Positions 1-8,635 are shown, counted from the stretch's first letter. The stretch: DNA of 64,000 bases from a bacterium (GCA_009924895.1 RFQR01000001.1:79575-143574), one strand, 5' to 3'. Made by a program: numbers and translations. Notes: generated by a model not told the origin, from the letters alone.

Positions 1-698
1 TTCTTTGCCATAAAGAGTCCGAAGCCGCTGCCGAGCGCGCCACTGCGCTGCGCGTTTGAGGCGCGGTGGTATCCACTAAAAACAGCCTGTAGCTCATTTT
101 TGGGGATTCCAATACCTTGATCCTGTACACTCACAATTTTATGCGTTCGATCCTGCGTGCATGAGACACGTACCACTGAGTGTTCAGGAGAGTACTTCAC
201 TGCATTACTGAGCAGGTTATCAAAAACAAGTCGGAGTCGTACGGGGTCCGCCAGTATAGGCGCTGTTCCCTCAAACAGAGGATCAACCCGGACTGAGGTA
301 TGTTTCATCTGCGCAACAGATTGCGCTTGGGCAACTGACTCGCGGACCATGGCAGCAAGGTCAATGTTTTTCAGATCCTTTCGCTTCATGTGCGTGTAGT
401 CTGCTGCTGCGGTTTCAAGGAAGGTGTTTGAGCGCGTAATGATGGCAGTAATTCGATCATACAATTCGTTCACAATCGTACGGGCATCTTGCGAAAGGGA
501 AGGTGAATTACGAAGTTCTGAAAGTGCCCAACGCACCGCAGTAAGTGGTGAGCGCAGTTCGTGCGATGCCGTCGCGACAAATTCCATTTTGAGGTCAGCG
601 AGTTCGCGCATCTTGTGTTTCATGTGTATGAGAAGACCGATGATACATAAAATAAGTCCACATGAAAAAATAAAAAGAAAGAGATCGAGGGCCAGCAT
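1..698 (-). CDS. Sensor histidine kinase, membrane-anchored; the gene continues past coordinate 1 so the 3' end is missing
   Basis: Reverse-strand translation from the ATG at 698 gives MLALDLFLFIFSCGLILCIIGLLIHMKHKMRELADLKMEFVATASHELRSPLTAV..., with an N-terminal TM helix, a HisKA H-box (SHELRSPL), an N-box (LLSNAVKY), G1 (DQGIGIP) and G2 (GSGFGLF). It is absent from the ORF track because it has no in-window stop. Confidence 0.8.
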   Translation of the reverse strand, partial: MLALDLFLFIFSCGLILCIIGLLIHMKHKMRELADLKMEFVATASHELRSPLTAVRWALSELRNSPSLSQDARTIVNELYDRITAIITRSNTFLETAAADYTHMKRKDLKNIDLAAMVRESVAQAQSVAQMKHTSVRVDPLFEGTAPILADPVRLRLVFDNLLSNAVKYSPEHSVVRVSCTQDRTHKIVSVQDQGIGIPKNELQAVFSGYHRASNAQRSGALGSGFGLFMAK

Positions 699-788
699 GT
701 ATCTAAGTATAACTCGACGTCAGAAGGTGGTTTGTATTGTATGGATTAATAGGTATACACTATCATCTCAGGTAAATACAATTAATGT

Positions 789-1586
789 ATGAAACGCGGA
801 GCCCGTCCAAAGGGAACTGTTAATAAAAATTGGTCCCCAGGACTTGCTTATGTTGTTGGGTTGATTACCTCTGACGGTTGTCTTTCTAAAAATGGTCGCC
901 ACATCGATATTACATCGAAAGATTACTCGCAAGTGAAGCTTTCGAAGAAAATATTAAACGTATCCGTAAAAATAGGTAAGAAAAACGCTGGGGCTAATAA
1001 CGAAGCGTATCGAATTCAACTTGGAGATGTGCTTTTCTACAGGTTTCTGCTCAATATTGGAATTACGCCTTCGAAATCAAAAACAATCCAAAATGTACGA
1101 GTCCCAAAAAAGTATTTTTCTCACTTTTTGAGAGGGTATTTTGATGGAGATGGAACTACTTCCTCGTATTACGATTCCAAGTTTCACAAAAGCTTTCGAT
1201 TTTACCTCTCTTTCATGTCAGCCAGTCCCCAATTTATTTTTTGGCTGAGAAATAAAATAAACCTTTTGGTAGGTGTAGAGGGGCACCTCAGTGGCTACTC
1301 TGATAGAAATTATCTGCAACTACGGTATGCAAAGAATGAGGCGTGTGTAGTGGCTCGCTACATGTATAAAAATAAGGACGATTTATTTTTGCCGAGAAAA
1401 TTTATTAAAATTCAAAAAACTCTCAAAATCATAGAGAATAGTTTGGTTAGTGGGCGCGGAAGCTCGGTCAAGCACTCAGAAAAATGCCGCCACATTTTTC
1501 TTCCGCCTGACCACGATTTTGCATCCCGTTCTACTGAACGGGTCCCAGCAAAATCTTTCTCGTCTCCCCGCGCCCAAAAAATCTAA
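789..1586 (+). CDS. Free-standing double-motif LAGLIDADG-family homing endonuclease. The conserved part is approximately 789-1440, and the ORF then reads on into a compositionally different tail
   Basis: Two LAGLIDADG-like motifs are present: LAYVVGLITSDGCL and LRGYFDGDGT. The region 789-1440 is strongly AT-rich compared with both flanks. The gene begins with its own Met, so it is not an intein. Confidence 0.7.
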   Translation: MKRGARPKGTVNKNWSPGLAYVVGLITSDGCLSKNGRHIDITSKDYSQVKLSKKILNVSVKIGKKNAGANNEAYRIQLGDVLFYRFLLNIGITPSKSKTIQNVRVPKKYFSHFLRGYFDGDGTTSSYYDSKFHKSFRFYLSFMSASPQFIFWLRNKINLLVGVEGHLSGYSDRNYLQLRYAKNEACVVARYMYKNKDDLFLPRKFIKIQKTLKIIENSLVSGRGSSVKHSEKCRHIFLPPDHDFASRSTERVPAKSFSSPRAQKI

Positions 1587-1776
1587 TCGCCCGAAGCCAT
1601 GCTTCGGTCTGAAGAGTTTTAGTGGACGATTATACTCTACGCACGAACTTTTTGACACTATAGCATCCCACACCGAAAGCATGGAAGCGTGGAATGATGC
1701 AATACGCGAGTTTTTGAGCCAAGATCGCAAGGCCGCAGTGCTACCCGTGCTCCTGTAGGCGCGGTAGAATGAGGGT

Positions 1777-2040
1777 ATGTGGAAGCGCAAAGACAACCTA
1801 ACCGATCTCACTGAACGACTCCCAAATGTCGATGTTTCAGCACCGCCCGCTCCTTCCGTCGACCAACAAGTCGTGAATCCCTATGGTGAAATCGTGACTC
1901 TCGGCAACAAGAAGCCCGAAAATCCCGCAAAAGAGATCAAGGGTATTCCTCTTGAACTTATGGAGTTAGTGAACGCAACGAAGCGTGCCGTCGAAAAAGC
2001 GTTTGACAGAGCCATCGAGCGACTGCAAAAGCACGAATAA
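1777..2040 (+). CDS. Hypothetical small protein, cargo of the putative integrated element
   Basis: An 87-aa ORF in tandem with the next ORF. No motif recognised. Confidence 0.35.
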   Translation: MWKRKDNLTDLTERLPNVDVSAPPAPSVDQQVVNPYGEIVTLGNKKPENPAKEIKGIPLELMELVNATKRAVEKAFDRAIERLQKHE

Positions 2041-2048
2041 CCACGAAC

Positions 2049-2567
2049 ATGAGAAAGCCAAAAGAAATCGAGGAACTGATCAAGCGAGCGATACGCGATG
2101 AGATCGCGCTGCACCCTCTCAAGTCCGTGGCGCAAGTACGCATCGCGCTTTTCAAGTATGGATACCAAGCCCTTGAAGGCCCGCTCGACTGGCACTATGT
2201 TGCCCGACTCATGCGTGCGATCCGCAAGGAAAATCTCAAGACACTTACGAATCAAAGTCGAGCCGAACGCATTGCGACACTCAAAGAACGACACCGCCTG
2301 ATCACACAAAAACTTGCCGACATTCTCGATGGTAAACCGATCTCACGAATGCACGACATCTCCTATCCCGCACACGCGGATCGAGTAGCCGCCGCAAACA
2401 CAATCCTCAAGTGGGATATGGCAATGTTTTTTGCGGAGGAACAATCACCATCCGTGCCTGGGGTAGAAAAAACTACGGGTGAAATTGTTCAGCCTATGAT
2501 ATTGAAAATCGAGAGTCGCGAGACGAATATCCCAAGCATTCCACAAAGAGCGTTCGTGCGGTTGTAA
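2049..2567 (+). CDS. Hypothetical protein, cargo of the putative integrated element
   Basis: A 172-aa ORF with protein-like composition, followed by a hairpin terminator. Confidence 0.45.
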   Translation: MRKPKEIEELIKRAIRDEIALHPLKSVAQVRIALFKYGYQALEGPLDWHYVARLMRAIRKENLKTLTNQSRAERIATLKERHRLITQKLADILDGKPISRMHDISYPAHADRVAAANTILKWDMAMFFAEEQSPSVPGVEKTTGEIVQPMILKIESRETNIPSIPQRAFVRL

Positions 2568-2574
2568 AACAAAA

Positions 2575-2597
2575 CCGCCCCTTGTTGAAGGGGGCGG
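2575..2597. terminator. Bidirectional intrinsic-terminator hairpin between convergent genes
   Basis: The hairpin is ccgcccc-ttgttgaa-gggggcgg. On the minus strand it is followed by ttttgtttt, and on the plus strand it is preceded by an A-run. Confidence 0.6.
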
Positions 2598-2605
2598 CTG
2601 AGGCG

Positions 2606-2968
2606 CTAGGCCTCAAGGTGCAGAGTGAATGGTGCTCCGCGACCGAAAGCGGGAACAGGGCCACGGACAACCTTTCCAGTCATGTCGATCTGGAAGGCGT
2701 CCTTGCCGAGATATACCCACGCGAGTTTGGTTTTCGCGTCGAACATCCCAACACCTTCCCAGCGTTCGGCGTACAGAGGTGTGCCATCCCTGCGGATGTG
2801 CAGTGCCTTCTTGTTTGCAGCATTCTCGACAGGGAGAATGCCACAGCAAAAGCGCGAAGATACGGGCAGGTACCCTTCTTCTCTCGAATAAAGGCGACGA
2901 ATCTCGGCCCGTTCCTCATCGGAAAGCCACGGCTCGCCTGTAGGCGATACTGGACTCCTTGGCATCAT
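2606..2968 (-). CDS. Hypothetical protein
   Basis: A 120-aa ORF on the strand convergent with 2049-2567. No motif recognised. Confidence 0.4.
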   Translation of the reverse strand: MMPRSPVSPTGEPWLSDEERAEIRRLYSREEGYLPVSSRFCCGILPVENAANKKALHIRRDGTPLYAERWEGVGMFDAKTKLAWVYLGKDAFQIDMTGKVVRGPVPAFGRGAPFTLHLEA

Positions 2969-3060
2969 TTTGCTCCTGTTTCCAACATCCTAGCCGGAAT
3001 CACGGCTGCAAGAATTGTAGCACGTTACAGGATGTCTGTCAAACAAAATCGTGAACCTTT

Positions 3061-3699
3061 TTACTCAAACCTCGTCAAAACTTTGTCCAAGATCTTGCTC
3101 CCACCTCCTGCCTCGAGCACTGCAGCATACAACGTCTCGAAGTTCGCTTTGTCTTTGTAAAATGCAAAGTCATGGCTCGCTCGCCGGATCTCTTCTCGGA
3201 GCGTTGTTGCACTCTCAAAATCCGCAACCTTGATGTTGTGCGCTACTGCCCACGATCGCAAAATCGGGAGATTGTTTTGCGCGATTAGTTCATTCGCAAG
3301 AGCAAGAGTGAATGCTAGCCGTCGATCGTCTGCGTTGAGGGTATTGAAATCTGATGTCTTGTTTGCCGTGTTTGGCGTTGTTGGGGCTTTCGGCGCGGAT
3401 GAGAAAATTGCCTCGCTTTTTGTGCTTTCAACGATCGTGAGGCCAGTATTCGGGCTTTGTGAGGGCATTATCGACGAGGGCGAGGTAACAGCAAACAGGA
3501 AAAAGAAAGCGAGAGCCGCAGTGCTGAAAATTGCCATTACATGCAGTCGAGATGGGGTGCGTAACCACGCGGGACGTATGAGACCGATCACAAGTCCTGC
3601 AAGAGAAAGTAAGGCGAGAGCCGCAAAGATGTTGTACATAGAAGTTCGCTTGATTGCTAAACAACCGTGCGAACTCTTTCCACACAAAAAGCCCGCCAC
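3061..3699 (-). CDS. Membrane-anchored hypothetical protein; the real start is probably the Met of MYNIFAALALL at about 3639
   Basis: A hydrophobic N-terminal helix is followed by a Ser/Thr/Pro-rich linker and a soluble domain. Confidence 0.45.
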   Translation of the reverse strand: MAGFLCGKSSHGCLAIKRTSMYNIFAALALLSLAGLVIGLIRPAWLRTPSRLHVMAIFSTAALAFFFLFAVTSPSSIMPSQSPNTGLTIVESTKSEAIFSSAPKAPTTPNTANKTSDFNTLNADDRRLAFTLALANELIAQNNLPILRSWAVAHNIKVADFESATTLREEIRRASHDFAFYKDKANFETLYAAVLEAGGGSKILDKVLTRFE

Positions 3700-3704
3700 G
3701 GGCT
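3686..3704 (-). terminator. Hairpin followed by a T-run on the minus strand, giving an intrinsic-terminator-like element
   Basis: The hairpin is agcccg-cca-cgggct with aaaaa immediately 5' on the plus strand, which is a T-run on the minus strand. It lies between the divergent 3061-3699 gene and the recombinase gene. Confidence 0.35.
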
Positions 3705-3921
3705 ACGGCTTGCGCCGTACGCACCAGTTTCCCGGTGCGGCAGAACATGCGACCTCATGACGGGTTCTTTATGCATGTTCTGCCTCCCACAACCATGCCG
3801 AGTCGTTGTTCGATTCGGTTTAGGTCGCCGCCCTTCCGGGCCGATATTTAGTTGTTCTTACATCGTACAGGATTTTTGCGATTTACTCCACTTCGTCGCT
3901 GATTTCCGCTATGATCACTAT

Positions 3922-5601
3922 ATGCAACTCAACACCCCTGCCGACCTCCTCGCGGCACTCAAAGATCTCCACACTCCCATCAATGACCAAGCCTCGATCA
4001 AGGAATATCGCTACGTTGTTTACATCCGAAAATCCACGGATCAAGAGGAAAAACAGGTGCGCTCACTGGCCGACCAGATACTCGAATGCAAAGAATATGC
4101 CGAGCGCGTAGGTATCACGATCCGCGACGAAGACATCGTGCAAGAAGCAGAATCTGCGAAAGAGCCGGATATCCGACCCAAGTTCCGCAAGATGATCAAA
4201 GACATCCAAGAGAAGGGTAAATACGACGGCATCCTCGCATGGCATCCCGATCGCTTGGCCCGCAACATGAAAGATGCGGGAGAAATCATCGACCTTCTCG
4301 ACAAGGGCACGATCAAGGATCTCAAGTTCGTGAGTTTTTCGTTTGAGAAAACAACCGCGGGCAAAATGCTCCTCGGCATCATGTTCGTTATGTCCAAAGA
4401 GTACAGCGACAAACTTTCCGACGACGTATCACGCGGGAACAAGCGGAGCATCGAGGAAGGCAAATACATCAACAAAAACAAACATGGCTATTTCAAGGAC
4501 GCGAATCAGCACATGCAGCCCGACGGCGAAAACTTCCTTTTGATCAAGCAAGCGTTCCGTATGCGCGTCGAGGGTAAGACGATGAAAGAAATATCGGAGT
4601 TTTTGAACACAAATCACTACATGAAATGGCACACAAGCAAACCTCGCGCGATATTCAAGTGGAATCCACAGACGATTGAAAAGACACTCAAAGATCCCTC
4701 ATACACCGGAATCGTCATGTACGGAAAATCCCATCGGGTAGCATTCGTGAATCTAATCGATGCGTACGGATTCCAACCGATGATCTCGGTGTCGGAGTTC
4801 ATGCAAATCAACAAACTTACACATGAAAAACAACTTTTCAAACTTGCTCGAAAGTATCGCAAGGGTGAAGACGTGAAAGCCGATCTCATGCGCGGCATGG
4901 TGATCTGCGACGGGTGCGGCGAGGCCATGACCGCAAGTATCACGCCCAAGAAAACACCACACGGCGTTACGCGCTATTTCTACTACCGCTGCGAATCAGA
5001 GGATTGCGAACGAAAACCACGATCGATTCGCGCAAAAGTCGTGCTCGCTCACATATTCGATTTTCTCGACACGCATCCGTTCTCCACGAAGGAAGCGTAC
5101 GAACATTATGCAAAAGAGATGGAGCGTGTGGCTGCCGAGCGCAATCGTACTGCTCAACAACTCTCACAGACACTCCGCCTCGAAAGAGGCCGGATTGAGG
5201 ATCACTTGATCACAACGAAAGAGTACTTGATCGAAGAAAAGGACGAAACGATCAAAAAATCATACAAGAGTGATGTGCTTCGCTACGAGGCCCGGATCAA
5301 AGAACTCAAGGGCGAGATCGAGAAAGCGCAGACCGTCGTAGCACGTCAAAAGGCCGCGATTCTGACATACGAAAACTTCCTCGAACTCATGGAAAAAATG
5401 CCTAAAATCCTACGTTCTATGCAGAATATGCAGGAGATGGATTTCCTGATCCGCAAAATCTACACGAACTTTACAATCGAGGGAAAAAACGTAGCAAAAT
5501 CAACGCTTTCTGCGCCATTCGATGCGCTTTACACCCTCAAAATCTCAAACGGTGGGCGCGGGGAGACTCGAACTCCCAAGCCTTTCGGCACACGCTTCTG
5601 A
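3922..5601 (+). CDS. Large serine recombinase (resolvase/invertase-type catalytic domain plus recombinase, zinc-ribbon and coiled-coil C-terminal region)
   Basis: MQLNTPADLL...YRYVVYIRKSTDQEEKQVRSLADQ shows the catalytic Ser motif. A Cys cluster (CDGCGE...CESEDC) and a long coiled coil are present. The track ORF begins earlier, but the Met at 3922 fits the domain start. The last roughly 16 codons lie inside the tRNA-Leu gene. Confidence 0.9.
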   Translation: MQLNTPADLLAALKDLHTPINDQASIKEYRYVVYIRKSTDQEEKQVRSLADQILECKEYAERVGITIRDEDIVQEAESAKEPDIRPKFRKMIKDIQEKGKYDGILAWHPDRLARNMKDAGEIIDLLDKGTIKDLKFVSFSFEKTTAGKMLLGIMFVMSKEYSDKLSDDVSRGNKRSIEEGKYINKNKHGYFKDANQHMQPDGENFLLIKQAFRMRVEGKTMKEISEFLNTNHYMKWHTSKPRAIFKWNPQTIEKTLKDPSYTGIVMYGKSHRVAFVNLIDAYGFQPMISVSEFMQINKLTHEKQLFKLARKYRKGEDVKADLMRGMVICDGCGEAMTASITPKKTPHGVTRYFYYRCESEDCERKPRSIRAKVVLAHIFDFLDTHPFSTKEAYEHYAKEMERVAAERNRTAQQLSQTLRLERGRIEDHLITTKEYLIEEKDETIKKSYKSDVLRYEARIKELKGEIEKAQTVVARQKAAILTYENFLELMEKMPKILRSMQNMQEMDFLIRKIYTNFTIEGKNVAKSTLSAPFDALYTLKISNGGRGETRTPKPFGTRF

Positions 5602-5634
5602 GACGTGAACGGTTACCAATTTCGCCACGCGCCC
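5553..5634 (-). tRNA. tRNA-Leu (anticodon CAG), type II with a long variable arm
   Basis: The reverse complement folds as a cloverleaf. The acceptor stem is GGGCGCG/CGCGCCC with discriminator A. There is a 3-bp D-stem with a GG loop. The anticodon stem CACGT/GCGTG carries the loop CU-CAG-AA. The variable stem-loop is GCC-GAAA-GGC. The T-arm is GGGAG-TTCGAGT-CTCCC. Confidence 0.9.
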
Positions 5635-5690
5635 GCAGCAGAGAGTATTGTATCTATTTTACCCGTTTTGGAAAATGATATGATTCTGTA

Positions 5691-5894
5691 ATGGACTCAC
5701 AAACTCAGCAGAAACTTGCAGAACTTGAACAAAAAATTGATGCAATTTATGTATCGGTCGAAAAAACACGCAGATACTTTCTCGGTACGCTCATAGTAAC
5801 TGCGATAGCGTTTCTTCTACCGCTTGTCGGGCTCCTCCTTGCTATCCCGTCACTTCTCTCGACGTATAGCGATATTTCGAATCTCAGTATTTAG
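5691..5894 (+). CDS. Small predicted membrane protein
   Basis: A 67-aa ORF with one strongly hydrophobic helix. Confidence 0.3.
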   Translation: MDSQTQQKLAELEQKIDAIYVSVEKTRRYFLGTLIVTAIAFLLPLVGLLLAIPSLLSTYSDISNLSI

Positions 5895-8113
5895 CGCGAG
5901 AACCAGGAGCGAATCCATTGGGTAATACGCGAGAGGAATGAATCAGGTACGGCATTTACCGCAGTTGCTGTCTGTTCGAGGGGTGGTGTTTCTGGAGATG
6001 CGACAGGTTGTGTTTGAACCACTTTTAATTTTTTCTGTACGGCAAGTTTCTTTCCAATTTTTTTAGGAATAACCAGATTCGTTGATGACGCTACGGACGA
6101 GGTGCTTGATGCCGCTCCTACGAGAGGAGTGCTTGTTGCATCTTCTGGTGACGTAGTTGCGATTGCCAGATTTGCTGTGACAATCGTTGACGTGGTAGTG
6201 CTGGTCGCCATGGTTATGACTGGTGAGGTACTCGATACTGGTGTTCCGCCACCCCCTACAGCTACAGGAATCGGAAACGTCTGCAATACGGTGATCCAGC
6301 TACGGCCCGATGCTGCGGTCAAGGCATAACTCGTACTCCAGAGACGATTATCAACGCTGTCAGTTGTAGGACGAACCCCGCCATCAGGTTGTTGCGCAGC
6401 AGCAAGTGCGTCTTTCGGCAATGCACCGGTAGAAGTTTTCCAGGCGCTTTCGGGCGACGCGTGCGCTTCGCTAAAGGAGTTCAAAGCGGTCATGACCCAG
6501 CTCGTTGAATCGATGTTCCCCCAGCCGCCATCACTGTTTTGTACTGATTTAAGGTAACCAATCGATTTCCCGAGTCCTCTGTTTACTCCCGGCACCGCAA
6601 AAAGAGCGCCAAGCGCCTGTGTCGCCGCCGCAGTAACGTCGGGACTATTTTCCCATGAGCCGTTCGGACTTTGCTTTGAGAGTACGAACGCTGCAACTTT
6701 TTGAATAATGTCGTCGTTTTGAGTGTAACCTGCGTGTTCGAGCACGATGAGTCCGAAAATATCGTCGTTCACGAGTGATGGATCGCCGATTTGTGTACCA
6801 TCAAATGCAGCAATGATTGGTTTTATAACGTTGCGCGTAGACCCTTTGTAGGGGTCAATACCGAGTGCCATAAGTGCCATCGCATGACGCATATAGTCTG
6901 TCACACTCCCAAAATCACTATCGGGTTGCGGATTGAGCATAAATGCTTTGATTGCATCAGTTGGGCCTCTGTTTGCCGCAATACCGATTGCCGCCCAATC
7001 TGAATATAGTAGTGATCCAAACGAACCGTTTTGCTTTTGCTTGCTTGAAAGAAAGGCAAGTGCACCTGGTACATCAAATACCTTGGGCCCACTTGTTCCA
7101 GCAGGTGTTCCACCGCCGCCTGTTGCCTGAGACACCATGAGAGGAGTATTGGGAAAGTAGCCAGTATTTTGAATACCGGCGGCATAGGTGCCAGCAATAT
7201 TCACGATAACGGTTGCCACGCCGTTTGTATCAGTTGTTGAGGTTGCGAACTCGGTGGCGATAAAATTGCTATCGAACTGCACTACACCCACGACTTCATT
7301 CGGTGCAGGAACGTACGTGCCAGTTGCAGGATCGTACCGTTTAGCGGTGATAGTGACTGACTGTCCGGTTTGTATGCTTGAAACCGAGGTGGTGACTTGC
7401 CACGGTGATCCAAAAATGAGATAGACGGTGTCATTACCAGAAACGGTGTACGAGTCAATACCAACAGATGGAAATGTGTTGTTTACCGCATACGTCCAGT
7501 TGTTGCAATCAGGTGAAGTGGTTGCGGTAAAAGTAATACAGTTGAGGAGAAACGAACTAAAAGATGGGTAGTACTGAAGATCGCTCACCGCGAAACTGCT
7601 GTCAGTGGTATCGAGTGATGAGAGAAGCGCCAACACACTGCGCGCAGGTACGTTGTATGTGGTCGTAGTTCCTGTTGGAGTGATAGATACATCTGGTGTG
7701 GTAGTCCCTGGAAGTGTAAGAGTCACTGGCCCTACCGTCTGAGAGCTGCCACGGATGGTCAATGTGACAGTCTCTGGTGTAGGCACAGGTGGTGTGTTGT
7801 CGACAATGATAACGAGTGAGGATGTAGTAGTGCTGTTACCAGATACGTCTGTTGCGGTCCAAGTAACGGTAGTGGTACCAACAGGGAAAGTAGTAGGTGA
7901 GTAGGTAACTGTTGGATTTGGGTCAGTATCATCGGTTGCAGTTGCAGGTACTAAAAGTGGCGAAGCAGGAAAGGTGCTGGTGGCGAAGGTCTGGTCAGCA
8001 GGCGCTGTTATGGTCGGTGCGGTTGTGTCTGGGGTCGGTACTGGAAGGGCATGCGCTGATGGTGAGTATAAAAAGGGAAGGACAATAAGGACACTCAGTA
8101 GTATTTTTTTCAT
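5891..8113 (-). CDS. Secreted surface protein with an N-terminal HYR-like domain, prenyltransferase/alpha-alpha-toroid repeats and a Thr-rich C-terminal region
   Basis: A signal peptide (MKKILLSVLIVLPFL) is present. TVTWTATDVSGN is HYR-like. Repeated QxxDGGWG-type motifs occur (LSKQSPNGSWEN, VQNSDGGWGN, QQPDGGVRP). Confidence 0.7.
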   Translation of the reverse strand: MKKILLSVLIVLPFLYSPSAHALPVPTPDTTAPTITAPADQTFATSTFPASPLLVPATATDDTDPNPTVTYSPTTFPVGTTTVTWTATDVSGNSTTTSSLVIIVDNTPPVPTPETVTLTIRGSSQTVGPVTLTLPGTTTPDVSITPTGTTTTYNVPARSVLALLSSLDTTDSSFAVSDLQYYPSFSSFLLNCITFTATTSPDCNNWTYAVNNTFPSVGIDSYTVSGNDTVYLIFGSPWQVTTSVSSIQTGQSVTITAKRYDPATGTYVPAPNEVVGVVQFDSNFIATEFATSTTDTNGVATVIVNIAGTYAAGIQNTGYFPNTPLMVSQATGGGGTPAGTSGPKVFDVPGALAFLSSKQKQNGSFGSLLYSDWAAIGIAANRGPTDAIKAFMLNPQPDSDFGSVTDYMRHAMALMALGIDPYKGSTRNVIKPIIAAFDGTQIGDPSLVNDDIFGLIVLEHAGYTQNDDIIQKVAAFVLSKQSPNGSWENSPDVTAAATQALGALFAVPGVNRGLGKSIGYLKSVQNSDGGWGNIDSTSWVMTALNSFSEAHASPESAWKTSTGALPKDALAAAQQPDGGVRPTTDSVDNRLWSTSYALTAASGRSWITVLQTFPIPVAVGGGGTPVSSTSPVITMATSTTTSTIVTANLAIATTSPEDATSTPLVGAASSTSSVASSTNLVIPKKIGKKLAVQKKLKVVQTQPVASPETPPLEQTATAVNAVPDSFLSRITQWIRSWFSR

Positions 8114-8140
8114 GATAGTAATGACGTTAATAATGAATAA

Positions 8141-8635
8141 TTATTTCTGTGTTTCGTACCTCCACTCGATGCTGTCGCCAGGAGCGACCATTTTTTGTGA
8201 AGCACCAAGATCTGATGAGGTTCCATTGACGTACAGGAACCAATACATGCCGTTTTCATTTTTTCGACCCGCAACAGAGTCGACGAAGTCTCCTAATGAT
8301 GGGTACGCACGAGAAGTGAAGTTTATTTTACCGATACTACGCTCGTATTGCATGGTCTCGAGTACGGTCTGGTTCTTTTTAGCGACCATTCGCACGATAG
8401 TTGGTAGCTCTGAGGCCTGTGTTACTTCTTTTTGAGGCGAGGTAATTCGAGTAGGAAGTGGCGATGGCGCGATGCGTGGTTGGTTCTCGGTCGAGGTAAT
8501 TGTTTCTTTTTTCTGGAGCGCAGGGGCGAGATAGGCATCTTGAGTGTATTGATAGGGTTGCTGCGATGAAAGTGCGCCAGAGCCGATGCCGACGATAAAA
8601 AGTACAAGAACAATGAGAAGTATTTTTTGGTTCAT
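8141..8635 (-). CDS. Signal-anchored protein with a DUF4430-like C-terminal domain
   Basis: The start was chosen at MNQKILLIVLVLF. The C-terminus GMYWFLYVNGTSSDLGASQKMVAPGDSIEWRYE resembles DUF4430. Confidence 0.5.
   Translation of the reverse strand: MNQKILLIVLVLFIVGIGSGALSSQQPYQYTQDAYLAPALQKKETITSTENQPRIAPSPLPTRITSPQKEVTQASELPTIVRMVAKKNQTVLETMQYERSIGKINFTSRAYPSLGDFVDSVAGRKNENGMYWFLYVNGTSSDLGASQKMVAPGDSIEWRYETQK

Larger units (their letters stand above)
1450..5634. mobile_element. Putative small integrated element at the 3' end of tRNA-Leu. The right end is anchored by the recombinase/tRNA overlap. The left end is uncertain: 1450 or about 700 are the candidates
   Basis: The recombinase 3' end overlaps the tRNA 3' half. 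The cargo consists of small orphan ORFs. A direct 10-nt repeat gtgggcgcgg of the tRNA 3' end occurs at 1450-1459, compared with 5552-5561. An AT-rich LAGLIDADG block lies at the left flank. Confidence 0.45.

Noticed and set aside
789-1440. The LAGLIDADG ORF as an intein or group I intron ORF
   Set aside because: It has its own Met start and no flanking host extein in frame. There are no obvious P1-P9 intron helices or rRNA/tRNA host sequence around it. A degenerate intron cannot be fully excluded without a covariance-model search.
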